DNA of 32,000 nucleotides from Candidatus Saccharimonadota bacterium (GTDB taxonomy: Archaea; Micrarchaeota; Micrarchaeia; Micrarchaeales; Micrarchaeaceae). A model generated the notes under the pieces. That model worked only from the letters and a program-made list of their open reading frames with translations, made no database searches and was not told the DNA's origin. Location: assembly GCA_963705375.1 (NCBI GenBank), contig OY970071.1, positions 450,001 through 482,000 on the forward strand, written 5' to 3'. Position numbers and translations under genes: made by a program. Each line of letters begins with the position of its first letter. Positions within the stretch are counted from its first letter, which is position 1. Below are positions 8,988 to 17,501 of this stretch, in pieces.

Positions 8988-9771
8988 TGAAAACACTCTG
9001 ATGTCATTTTCTCATTTCTTTGCAGACACCAGACAGTTGGAAAAGGACTACCTGATCAACCTAATGCTGAAGGCCACATCTGTGAACAGGATTTCCAACG
9101 ACTTGGAATTCAAGGGAGGCACCGCACTTTACCTGTTTCATGGGCTGGACAGGTTTTCTGAAGACCTTGATTTTACATACATCGGAAAGGACATTGAAAT
9201 AGACAAGAGCATAGATTCCTACATAGAACCGGTAATAAAGGATTTTAGCCTTAGCTATAACGTAAGCAAAAACAAGGGAAACATGATAACCAGGGACAAC
9301 AACGGCACCATTTCGAGCACGAGGACTGAGCTCTTTATAGAAGGACCATTGTTTGAAAAGACAGGAGTGCGACACAAGATAAAGATTGATATCAGTGTCA
9401 GGAAAGACACTATCATGAAGCCGGAGTCCGCAAAGCTGGTCTCTAAATACGGGGACATAGGGACGGTATTGATTTATAAGATGCCTGTTGTAGAGATCCT
9501 GGCCGAAAAATTCTGCGCATTGATTGAGAGGTCAAAGGCAAGGGACCTTTACGATGCATACTTCTTGCTTAAGTACGACGGCGTGCCCTATAACGGAGAT
9601 ATGATTGCAGAGAAGCTCAGCAAGAGAGGTGAGGTTTTTGGCAAGAAAGCACTTTTGGACCGTGTAGGTATGATAGACGCAGACGCATGGAAGGAAGAGC
9701 TCACTTATCTCATAAAAGACCTGCCCAAGCTCGCGAAGGTCAAGGCATTCGTAAAAGACCAGATCTCGTGA
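8980..9771 (+). CDS. abiEii: AbiEii/DUF1814 nucleotidyltransferase toxin (module 1)
   Basis: Signature FKGGTALYLFHGLDRFSEDLDF (GGTA...R.S.D.DF) and a downstream ARDLYDAYFL block. Canonical antitoxin-then-toxin gene order. Confidence 0.85.
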   Translation: MIDENTLMSFSHFFADTRQLEKDYLINLMLKATSVNRISNDLEFKGGTALYLFHGLDRFSEDLDFTYIGKDIEIDKSIDSYIEPVIKDFSLSYNVSKNKGNMITRDNNGTISSTRTELFIEGPLFEKTGVRHKIKIDISVRKDTIMKPESAKLVSKYGDIGTVLIYKMPVVEILAEKFCALIERSKARDLYDAYFLLKYDGVPYNGDMIAEKLSKRGEVFGKKALLDRVGMIDADAWKEELTYLIKDLPKLAKVKAFVKDQIS

Positions 9772-9849
9772 GAGAGATTTGATTTATTTCGTATAACCTA
9801 AATTCGCAGCAAGGTAGCACACATAGTCGAATACATCCAAGTAGGAAGC

Positions 9850-10524
9850 TTACGCAGACAGGTTCTTGAATATTGTCCGAAGTATCACATAGCCGTCTCT
9901 CAGGCCGCGAAGCTTCGCCTCGCCCTTTACCCGCGGTTTCTCATAGCTGGGCACCTCCAGGACGCGAAGGCGCCTCTTCCGAGCCTTGATATTGATCTCT
10001 GTTTCTATGCCGAAGCCTTTCTCCTCGAGATGAAGCTTCTGCACTGCGCTGTGAGCAAAGCTCCGGTAGCCGTAGCAGAGGTCGGTGTAGTGCGAGCCGT
10101 AAAGCAGATTCACCAACGTCACGAACAGCATGTTGCACAGCCTTCTGTGCATTGGCATGTCGCCTGTGCCGCCGCCTGCCATGAACCTGGAACCAAGGCA
10201 CAGGTCGTAACCAGACTCTATGCCTCTCATGAGAAGAAGCAGCTCTCCTGGCCTGTTGGAGAGGTCTGCATCCATCGATATTATGATCTTGCCTTTGGCC
10301 TTGCGCATGCCTTTCACGAGCGCAGAACCCTTGCCAGTATCATCATACAGGACCACTGCGCCAAGCCTTTCTGCCTTCTTTGCGGTGCCATCCGGTGAAT
10401 GCTTGTCTACGACCACTACCTCATAAGGATAGCCCTTGATCGAACGCTTTATTCCGGACAATACCGATGCGATGTTCGCAGCTTCGTTGAAGGTCGGTAT
10501 CACTATGCTGACATAAGGTTTCAC
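9850..10524 (-). CDS. GT2 glycosyltransferase, dolichyl-phosphate hexose synthase (Dpm1/AglD-like)
   Basis: VSIVIPTFNEAANI, VVVVDKHSPDGT and the DxD motif ISMDADLS. The start lies 5 nt after the upstream gene's stop, suggesting an operon. Confidence 0.85.
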   Translation of the reverse strand: MKPYVSIVIPTFNEAANIASVLSGIKRSIKGYPYEVVVVDKHSPDGTAKKAERLGAVVLYDDTGKGSALVKGMRKAKGKIIISMDADLSNRPGELLLLMRGIESGYDLCLGSRFMAGGGTGDMPMHRRLCNMLFVTLVNLLYGSHYTDLCYGYRSFAHSAVQKLHLEEKGFGIETEINIKARKRRLRVLEVPSYEKPRVKGEAKLRGLRDGYVILRTIFKNLSA

Positions 10525-10528
10525 AGAA

Positions 10529-11347
10529 TCACTTGTCCTGCACTGCGTGTGAAGCGCGCTTTTTGAGCACAGAGAAGATTATGAGCAGCATAAGAATAAT
10601 AACCACTGCAGCCATCGCGATGATCGCAAGGTCGAAACCGTTATGACTAGAGCCGCCGAACAGAAAGTACATCTCTGCGTTTGTCGCATAATGCTCGCCG
10701 TTGCTTTCATAGGAGACATCGACCGCTACAGGGAAAGACGCTTCGGTGTATTTGGGCAGTGTGATGTTGAAAGAGACGGCCTTCTGCATGTAAGGCCCTA
10801 TCACCACGTTGGAATAAGAGGAATTAACCGAGAAGCTTGAAGGAACCTGCACATGCATTGTCGCATTGATGGTAGTGCCGAAATAATTGAGCAGTATCAC
10901 ATCAAATGCGCCATTCGACCTGTTGACATACAATATATGAATTGGACCAGGTGCCGAGTGATTGACAGACATCATGCATGTGAAGAATGTGGAAAAGTTA
11001 GCAGCACCTTGTGTGTAGTTTGCTATGAAATACTCGACGTAGCTTCCAGGCAGAGAGAAGTTGCGAAGATAGAAGTTCTCAGAGTATTGCGCTCCCGGAG
11101 CTATTACGGGCAGCTGCACGACGTTGTTAAAAGTGGATGCACCTGAGAGGACAGGATACAGGTAAAGGTTAGTTGCAGTGCCATTGCCTGAGTTCGTAAG
11201 ATTGAAAACCAGCACGTTCTGCACAGAACTGACAATCTGTTGCGGGCAGCTCCCGGTCAATGTCACAGAGGACCCTCCAGCATATGAGACCAGCACGACT
11301 GCCAGCAGCATACCAAAAAGCATGCGCATCTTAAACGCTCTTGGCAT
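10529..11347 (-). CDS. Secreted, C-terminally membrane-anchored surface protein with CARDB/Ig-like repeats and many N-glycosylation sequons
   Basis: Signal-like N-terminus MPRAFKMRMLFGMLLAVVLVSYAGG. CARDB-like FNLTNSGNGTATNLYLYP. C-terminal TM LAIIAMAAVVIILMLLIIFSVL followed by a basic tail KKR. The track start (TTG 11401) was replaced by ATG 11347; ATG 11329 is also possible. Confidence 0.7.
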   Translation of the reverse strand: MPRAFKMRMLFGMLLAVVLVSYAGGSSVTLTGSCPQQIVSSVQNVLVFNLTNSGNGTATNLYLYPVLSGASTFNNVVQLPVIAPGAQYSENFYLRNFSLPGSYVEYFIANYTQGAANFSTFFTCMMSVNHSAPGPIHILYVNRSNGAFDVILLNYFGTTINATMHVQVPSSFSVNSSYSNVVIGPYMQKAVSFNITLPKYTEASFPVAVDVSYESNGEHYATNAEMYFLFGGSSHNGFDLAIIAMAAVVIILMLLIIFSVLKKRASHAVQDK

Positions 11348-11509
11348 GGCAAAGCTACCAGAATGTGCCAGCGCAATGCCAAGCAGCTTTCTCGCGCACA
11401 AGAGATCTCCGGGCGTATCTGGTCAAATTGCATTATTAAAGATAGCGTCCATGACGGATATAGCAGATAGAAATAAAAGTTTGAAGGGAAAAAGAAGTCC
11501 GATGATATC

Positions 11510-12553
11510 ATGGCAGAAAACACTCCTGCAAGTTTCAAGGACTACGTTGCGGCTTACAAAGACAGAGTTTACAAAAAATTGTGCGAGTACATGCCAACCG
11601 GAGAGCCAAGGATCTTCAACGAAGGCATGGTGCGATGCTACGTGGACAGGAAGGGCCAGTATAGGAGACCCTCATACCTGCTGTTATGGACTCAGCTCTA
11701 TGGTGGAAAGATAGACGATGCGATACTTCCTGCGGCAGTGCAGCAAGGATCGGAAGACTATTTCCTGATGCACGACGACTGGATTGACGGCAATTCCGTT
11801 AGGAGAGGAGGCCCAGCGGCTCATGTGATGTACGATCCGGCATACGCGATCACTGCAGGCAGCGTAGTCCATATGGCAACGTGGAAGATGGCAAAGGACG
11901 CATGCGATATGCTAGGCAAGGAGCGCGGCAAGAGATATTTTGACAAGTTTTACGACATAATGCTCGTCACGCACCAAGGGCAGTACCGTGATGTGCGTCT
12001 CACAAAGGAAGTCAAGGACATAACGAAGTTCACGCTTGAGGAGTACTACGCCTCGATACACGCGAAAAGCGCATATTATTCAGTGTACGGGCCGATGCAG
12101 TGCGGCGCGATAATAGCAGGCGCTGACGACGACACGGTCAGAAAGATCTCCGAATACGGAACACCATGCGGCAACGCATTCCAGATAAAGGACGACATAC
12201 TCGACTGCTCGTCGACTACCGATGTGCTAGGCAAGGACATAGGCACGGACGTGAGAGAGGGCACCAAGACGCTCATACTGTGGCATGCGGCGCACAATTC
12301 GTCCTCAGGCGTGCTGGACAGGCTCAAAAATATTTATGCAAAGCAGAGGCAGGATAAAACAGAGGACGATGTGAAATTCGTGCTCGATGCCTTCAGGGAC
12401 GTCGGCTCCATAGCGTATGCCCAGAAGGAAGCGGACAGGCTGGTGGCAGAAGCATCAGGAAAGTTCGAAGCCCTTACGAAGGGCATTCCCGAGTCGCAGT
12501 TCAAGGCACTCGCAAGAGAAGGGATAGGCGTCACCGCGAAAAGGAGCGTCTGA
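11510..12553 (+). CDS. Polyprenyl (geranylgeranyl-type) diphosphate synthase
   Basis: First Asp-rich motif FLMHDDWIDGNSVRRG and second Asp-rich motif FQIKDDILD. Product chain length cannot be read from the sequence. Confidence 0.88.
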   Translation: MAENTPASFKDYVAAYKDRVYKKLCEYMPTGEPRIFNEGMVRCYVDRKGQYRRPSYLLLWTQLYGGKIDDAILPAAVQQGSEDYFLMHDDWIDGNSVRRGGPAAHVMYDPAYAITAGSVVHMATWKMAKDACDMLGKERGKRYFDKFYDIMLVTHQGQYRDVRLTKEVKDITKFTLEEYYASIHAKSAYYSVYGPMQCGAIIAGADDDTVRKISEYGTPCGNAFQIKDDILDCSSTTDVLGKDIGTDVREGTKTLILWHAAHNSSSGVLDRLKNIYAKQRQDKTEDDVKFVLDAFRDVGSIAYAQKEADRLVAEASGKFEALTKGIPESQFKALAREGIGVTAKRSV

Positions 12554-12646
12554 TCATTCTGTTCCAGCTAAGGCAGCTAAACCAGAGAGTGCGATCGGAG
12601 ATATGCTAAATATTTATAATCACACAGCCAATTAGGCCTTGATAGG

Positions 12647-13258
12647 ATGTCTGATAGAACAACGATACAGACATACAACAAGATTGCCAAGTGGTACAAA
12701 TCAAAGCCTTATCATGGGGAGTGGGAAAGGCAGTACAATGACTTTGAAAGGCTTTTGAAAGGAAAACGCATAATCGATGTTGGTTGTGCCTTTGGAAGGG
12801 ATACGGATCGTTTTGTAAAAGACGGCTTCGATGTTGTTGGTGTTGATGCATCGGAAGCCATGATAAACTTGGCCAAGCGCCATGTTCCAAGGGCAGAATT
12901 TTATAAAAAGGACATGCTCACCATGAAGTTCAACAGAAAATTTGATGGGCTATGGTGCTGTGCAAGCGTATTGCACATCAAAAAGAAAGATATCAAGATG
13001 TTGCTCAAGAATTTTAAGAGCTTGATGGAAGCAGATGGAGTCTTGTTTATCTCAGTCAAGAGAGGGCGAGGCGAGAGATACCAAACCTATCCTGACGGGA
13101 CAAGAAGATTCTACGCCTATTACTTTGAAAAAGAGCTGAGAAATATCCTGAATAAAAACGGATTCGATACTGTTTTGTTGTACAGGCACAAAGATCCGGA
13201 AAACAAGAACACAACCTGGATATCCCTTTTCGCTTTAAGAAAAAGCGGTTCTCAATAG
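12647..13258 (+). CDS. Class I SAM-dependent methyltransferase
   Basis: Motif I IIDVGCAFGRD, an acidic post-I residue in VVGVDASEAM, and a later DGLWCCASVLHI block. TATA tatttataa (12611-12619) lies about 30 nt upstream of the ATG. Confidence 0.8.
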   Translation: MSDRTTIQTYNKIAKWYKSKPYHGEWERQYNDFERLLKGKRIIDVGCAFGRDTDRFVKDGFDVVGVDASEAMINLAKRHVPRAEFYKKDMLTMKFNRKFDGLWCCASVLHIKKKDIKMLLKNFKSLMEADGVLFISVKRGRGERYQTYPDGTRRFYAYYFEKELRNILNKNGFDTVLLYRHKDPENKNTTWISLFALRKSGSQ

Positions 13259-13300
13259 ATAGCCGAGCTTCATCGAATGTTTCCACTCGTGAATTGCAGA

Positions 13301-13325
13301 TGCAGGGAGAGAGATTTGAACTCTC
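13301..13325 (-). repeat. Displaced copy of the tRNA-Leu 3' end (att-like)
   Basis: 25/25 identity with 14759-14783, in the same orientation. No remaining tRNA body is adjacent. Confidence 0.85.
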
Positions 13326-13371
13326 AGTCTAGCAAAAATTCATCTATGAAGGCGCTTCGCCTGCGCAGCGA

Positions 13372-14004
13372 CTAATATTGATTCTCAAGCTTTCCTTTGT
13401 CTGCCTTTGTCTTATATCTGTTCAGAAAATTGTTCACAGTGGCTATTGTGTGCTTGTCATAGTTTTTAAGATAGTCTTCGATCTTGTTTCTGTTTACGGC
13501 TTTCAACAGACCGCTGTATTCCTGTATTGGAAGACGTGTTTTGTAATAAAATAGATCTATGAGCGTTTTCTCCGGATCGGATACGGATACTTTCAGGCCG
13601 CTATAATCTAGAATGTCAAAACCAAAAAAGTATTTAACAGGGGAATGATGAATTGAGACAACATCTTTTTTGTCATTAAATATAGAAATTTCTGAAGACC
13701 GGACATTCCTTAATGTTATTATATCAGGTCTTGCGTTCTGGGACCAGAGTTCCCTTATTGTGAGCGCGTAGAGAAGCCCATAATAAAAGGGTTTGAACGC
13801 GAAGCCGCACACCACATCATTTCTGTGTGTCGTGTAGATGCCTTTCGCTACGGTAAATATTTTTCCTGAACTTTTAAGGTGGGATAGTATCCTAGTCAGG
13901 TTCGCTCTCTTACTGGGTGCGATATTAAAATATGTATAGACGTCACGGTACGAGAATGCAGGATATCCAGAAAACTTTGAAAGTATCTGTTTACTTATCG
14001 TCAT
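13372..14004 (-). CDS. abiEi: AbiEi/COG5340-type antitoxin and regulator (module 2)
   Basis: wHTH-like FSYRDVYTYFNIAPSKRANLTRILSHLKSSGKIFTVAKGIYT. C-terminal blocks FFGF and VSDPEKTLIDLFYY parallel module 1. ATGA overlap with the upstream NTase gene at 14001-14004. Confidence 0.75.
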   Translation of the reverse strand: MTISKQILSKFSGYPAFSYRDVYTYFNIAPSKRANLTRILSHLKSSGKIFTVAKGIYTTHRNDVVCGFAFKPFYYGLLYALTIRELWSQNARPDIITLRNVRSSEISIFNDKKDVVSIHHSPVKYFFGFDILDYSGLKVSVSDPEKTLIDLFYYKTRLPIQEYSGLLKAVNRNKIEDYLKNYDKHTIATVNNFLNRYKTKADKGKLENQY

Positions 14005-14675
14005 TCTGACACATCTTTTATCTTTTTAATCATGAGCTCAAATGTTGGTGGAAGACCGTAGAGCACCAGATTCGAAAGCTTATGCATATTTAACGGAGGT
14101 TTCTTCTCTATTTTGGATGCAAATCGCCCTAGCTCGAGTTTGGTGCTGTCTTTAATTTTGGGGAGCATACCAACAAGGTAGTATATATCATACAGATCCT
14201 GCGCTTCAGGTTGCCGGGTTTCATCCTTGTTGTGCAACTTACTATAGTAGGTTTCTATCTTCTCATCCAATAGCACCTCCGGATTTAAAGTTAGAACTAT
14301 TATCTTGCTGTCGTCGACCTTGGTGAACTCTGCTGGTACGCCGGCTTTGTAATTAAAGTTTACGTCCACATTCATTTTGATGTTGGACTCGACTGTGAAA
14401 TGCATTGTTCCCGTAGTGTTATCATAATTGCTGCTCTTCAGAGCAAAGCCCTTCTCCTTGAAGAACTTGATGAGCTCCTTGTAGCAGGCACTCTCTGACT
14501 TATTTCCTCTCCTGAAATAGAAGTCAATATCCCTAGAAAATCTATTCCCGGCATAGCAACGCCATATCGCAGTTCCGCCGTGGAGCACCATGTCCTTGTA
14601 CGTTCCATAAATTAACTCTACGAGAGTGTCCTCGAGTTTTGCCTTCTCCAATTGCGCTTTGTCACGTATATCCAC
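14001..14675 (-). CDS. abiEii: AbiEii/DUF1814 nucleotidyltransferase toxin (module 2)
   Basis: VLHGGTAIWRCYAGNRFSRDIDFYF and AQDLYDIYYL. GTG 14675 is the only start in the open frame (in-frame stop at 14699..14697). It is preceded by SD-like GTGAT at 14684..14680. Confidence 0.8.
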   Translation of the reverse strand: MDIRDKAQLEKAKLEDTLVELIYGTYKDMVLHGGTAIWRCYAGNRFSRDIDFYFRRGNKSESACYKELIKFFKEKGFALKSSNYDNTTGTMHFTVESNIKMNVDVNFNYKAGVPAEFTKVDDSKIIVLTLNPEVLLDEKIETYYSKLHNKDETRQPEAQDLYDIYYLVGMLPKIKDSTKLELGRFASKIEKKPPLNMHKLSNLVLYGLPPTFELMIKKIKDVSE

Positions 14676-14696
14676 GTCATCACATAGAAATGCGTT

Positions 14697-14718
14697 TTAT
14701 TACATAATATTGTAATAA
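14697..14718. promoter_or_regulatory. Perfect inverted repeat (8 bp + 6-bp spacer + 8 bp) between the TATA box and start of AbiE module 2; candidate operator
   Basis: ttattaca-taatat-tgtaataa. The TATA box (minus strand cttatatatac, 14726-14736) places the predicted transcription start inside this repeat. Confidence 0.55.
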
Positions 14719-14758
14719 TATGTAGGTATATATAAGAAGCTTTTGGTTGTTCTGTATG

Positions 14759-14843
14759 TGCAGGGAGAGAGATTTGAACTCTCGAACCCCTAAGGGAGCG
14801 GGCCCTAAACCCGCCGCATTTGACCAAGCTTTGCTATCCCTGC
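14759..14843 (-). tRNA. tRNA-Leu (anticodon UAG), class II with long variable arm
   Basis: Manual cloverleaf: GCAGGGA-TA-GCA-AAGCTTGGTCAAA-TGC-G-GCGGG-TTTAGGG-CCCGC-TCCCTTAGGGGTTC-GAGAG-TTCAAAT-CTCTC-TCCCTGC-A. It has U33, G37 and discriminator A73. CCA is not encoded. TATA gtataaata lies about 30 nt upstream. Confidence 0.9.
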
Positions 14844-14950
14844 GTCACTTGTGGTTTAGTCTTTGAGTTCACCTATTTATACTTGATGCAAAACGCAGAC
14901 TGTATAGCAGTATTTTATATTTATGGCGCGCACTAATTTGGAGTGATTTT

Positions 14951-16240
14951 ACGCTAAACACCAAGTACATACGGGACCACCTAGATGCGATAAAGGAATC
15001 GCTGCGGAAGAGGCAGAGCGACTATCCCCTTGAGGAGCTCCTGAAGCTTGACGAGGACTGGCGCGCCGGCAAGACAAAGCTGCAGAGCCTGGAGGCGCAG
15101 CACAACAAGGCCAGCAGGAACATAGCGCAGATCAAGAAAGATGGCAAGAGCATTGACGATGCAGTAGCGGCGCTGGCAGAGCTGAAGAAGCAGATCTCGG
15201 ATATGGGCGGCAAGGTCGATGTTGAAGAGAAGAGGATGAATGATATACTGTGGAACATGCCAAATGTGCTTCACGAATCGGTAAAATATGGTAAAGACGA
15301 GACAGAGAACGTCGAGATAAAGAAGTGGGGAAATACCGACAAGAAGACTCCGATAGGCCACACTGAAATACTGGAGAAGATGGGGCTTGTCGACATAGAA
15401 AGGGCTGCAAAGGTTTCAGGCGCACGGTTCTACTACATGAAAGGGGACCTTGTCCTTCTGGGGCAATCGCTGGTAAGGTTCGCACTGGACGAGATAAGCA
15501 AGAAAGGCTATATGCCGATATCAACTCCGTATCTGGTCAGACGCGAACACTACAGAGGCGCAACGGGTCTCGGCGACTTTGAGGATGCGCTGTACATGGC
15601 GACAAACCCGAAAGAGGCCAAGCTTGAAGATGAAACCCCGAACGAGGAGCTTTTCCTGATAGCGACATCGGAGCACGCCATAGCGGCGATGCATGCAGGA
15701 GAGGTGTTCTCGACGAAGGAGCTGCCGCTAAGGTATGCAGGCATATCTCCCTGCTTCAGGAGAGAGGCCGGAGCGCACGGAAAAGACACAAAGGGCATAT
15801 TCAGAGTGCATCAGTTCGAGAAAGTTGAGCAGTTCATTTTCTGCAACCAGGAAGACTCGTGGAAGTATTACGAGGAACTGATAAATAATGAAGAAGATCT
15901 GCTGCAGAAACTGGGCATACCTTACCACAGGATAGAGATGTGCACAGGAGACATAGGTGTTGTCGCTGCGAAGAAGACAGACCTTGAAGGCTGGTTCCCG
16001 AGCCAGCAAAAATACAGGGAGCTCACCTCAGGGTCGAACTGCACGGACTGGCAGAGCAGCAGGCTCGATATAAAATACGAAGACAAAGGAGAGAGGAAAT
16101 ACGTGCACACGCTCAATGCGACCGCTGTCGCGGTGCAGAGGACTCTTGCTGCCATAGCGGAGAACTACTACAACACGGACGGCACGATATCTGTTCCTGA
16201 TGCGCTTATCCCGTACATGGGCAAGAGCAAGATCGCATAG
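14951..16240 (+). CDS. serS: Seryl-tRNA synthetase (5' end uncertain: no canonical start codon)
   Basis: Motif 2 CFRREAGAHGKDTKGIFRVHQFEKVEQF and motif 3 TLNATAVAVQRTLAAIAENY. The N-terminal coiled-coil arm LNTKYIRDHLDAIKESLRKR...WNMPNVLHESV is encoded in frame upstream of the track start at 15203. The frame is open from 14867 with no ATG, GTG or TTG before 15203. ACG 14951 sits where Met is expected. Confidence 0.85.
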   Translation, partial: TLNTKYIRDHLDAIKESLRKRQSDYPLEELLKLDEDWRAGKTKLQSLEAQHNKASRNIAQIKKDGKSIDDAVAALAELKKQISDMGGKVDVEEKRMNDILWNMPNVLHESVKYGKDETENVEIKKWGNTDKKTPIGHTEILEKMGLVDIERAAKVSGARFYYMKGDLVLLGQSLVRFALDEISKKGYMPISTPYLVRREHYRGATGLGDFEDALYMATNPKEAKLEDETPNEELFLIATSEHAIAAMHAGEVFSTKELPLRYAGISPCFRREAGAHGKDTKGIFRVHQFEKVEQFIFCNQEDSWKYYEELINNEEDLLQKLGIPYHRIEMCTGDIGVVAAKKTDLEGWFPSQQKYRELTSGSNCTDWQSSRLDIKYEDKGERKYVHTLNATAVAVQRTLAAIAENYYNTDGTISVPDALIPYMGKSKIA

Positions 16241-16251
16241 CGTCCTGTGCC

Positions 16252-17460
16252 ATGGGTGATTCTGTGAAGAGCGAGTACGATGTAAGAAGGGAGATGAAGA
16301 GGCTTAGGGCCATCAGGGGCACTGGCACGGAGCTTGTCAGCATATACGTGCCTACAGGCTTCCTGATGAGCGATGAAACATCGAAGCTGCGTCAGGAGCA
16401 CGACCAGGCATCGAACATCAAATCCAAGACGACCAGACTGAACGTCCAGGACGCGACAGATAAGATAATACAGTACCTCAAGCTATACAAGGAAACACCG
16501 AAGAACGGGCTAGCGGTCTTCGCAGGCAACACCTCAAGTGTGCAGGCAAAGCCGAACATAGAGCTGTTCTCCGTCGAGCCGCCGCACCCGATAAAGGCGA
16601 ACATATACAGGTGCGACTCGGAGTTCCTCCTTGCGCCGTTGGAAGAGATGCTCGAAGCGAAAGACGCATACGTGCTGCTGACGATGGACGGCAAGGACGC
16701 GACGATAGGCCTTCTCAGAGGCACGCACGTGAACATAGAGAAGAAGCTAAGGTCTTTCGCGCATGGAAAGATGAGCAAGGGAGGCCAGTCTGCCATGAGA
16801 TTCGAGCGCCTAAGGGAGGAGAGCATAGAGGAGTATTTCAAGAACATAGGCGATGCGATAAACGCAGTGTATGGGAAGTACAGTTTCAAGATAAATGGCG
16901 TGGTCGTCGGAGGCCCCGGCCCGACCAAGGAGAACTTCATAAGATCAAAGAACATGAACTACCAGATAAAGGTCCTTGGCATGTTCGACATAGGGTCTAC
17001 AGACGAGACTTCAGGCATGGACGAGCTGCTCAACAAGGCAAAGGATCTGCTGGTGGAACAGACTGCGATAAAAGAGAGGAAAGTCATGGAGCGATTCCTG
17101 GAAGAAGTTGCAAGGAGCGGCCTCGAAACATACGGCTATGCCAACGTCAAGAAGGCGCTGAACAGCAGGAATGTGGGCATGCTAATACTGAGCGAGGACC
17201 TGGAGCTGACGGAAGTGGTGTACAAGTGCAGCAACGAGGGTGAAGAGATAACTGCGCTGGAACAGGGCAACTTCAGGCAGAGCAAGCACGCATGCGGCGG
17301 CAACCTAGACATCATAAGCCAGAAAGATGCGGTGGAAGAGCTGATAGAGTTGGCAGATGCAGGCGGCGTCGAGGTCGTGTTCATATCGACAGAAAGCCAG
17401 TACGGGAATGAGCTTCTTTTAGGGTTCCAGGGCGTTGCTGCGATGCTGAGGCACAGGTAG
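16252..17460 (+). CDS. prf1: Peptide chain release factor aRF1
   Basis: NIKS (ASNIKSKT), YxCxxxF (IYRCDSEF) and GGQ (SKGGQSAMRF). Lies 11 nt downstream of the serS stop. Confidence 0.93.
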   Translation: MGDSVKSEYDVRREMKRLRAIRGTGTELVSIYVPTGFLMSDETSKLRQEHDQASNIKSKTTRLNVQDATDKIIQYLKLYKETPKNGLAVFAGNTSSVQAKPNIELFSVEPPHPIKANIYRCDSEFLLAPLEEMLEAKDAYVLLTMDGKDATIGLLRGTHVNIEKKLRSFAHGKMSKGGQSAMRFERLREESIEEYFKNIGDAINAVYGKYSFKINGVVVGGPGPTKENFIRSKNMNYQIKVLGMFDIGSTDETSGMDELLNKAKDLLVEQTAIKERKVMERFLEEVARSGLETYGYANVKKALNSRNVGMLILSEDLELTEVVYKCSNEGEEITALEQGNFRQSKHACGGNLDIISQKDAVEELIELADAGGVEVVFISTESQYGNELLLGFQGVAAMLRHR

Positions 17461-17501
17461 ATATCTCTCTAACGCAGGAATGTTTCTGATCAAGAGAGGG
17501 G

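Larger units (their letters stand above)
13301..14783 (-). mobile_element. tRNA-Leu-associated mini-island (integrated-element remnant) bounded by 25-bp perfect direct repeats. Its only cargo is AbiE module 2.
   Basis: tgcagggagagagatttgaactctc occurs at 13301-13325 and at 14759-14783. The second copy is exactly the discriminator, 3' acceptor strand and full T-arm of the tRNA-Leu gene. Bases flanking both copies differ. The interval 13326-14758 is fully occupied by two genes and their promoter, with no integrase. Confidence 0.6.

Noticed and set aside
15203-15205. ATG 15203 as the serS start (track ORF 15203..16240).
   Set aside because: It would remove the entire N-terminal coiled-coil tRNA-binding arm, which is clearly encoded in the same open frame upstream.
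16392-17243. 187-aa minus-strand ORF and 210-aa plus-strand ORF within prf1.
   Set aside because: These are shadow frames of the motif-verified aRF1 gene (NIKS, YxCxxxF, GGQ). The 210-aa frame is an Arg/Gly/Glu-rich artefact.
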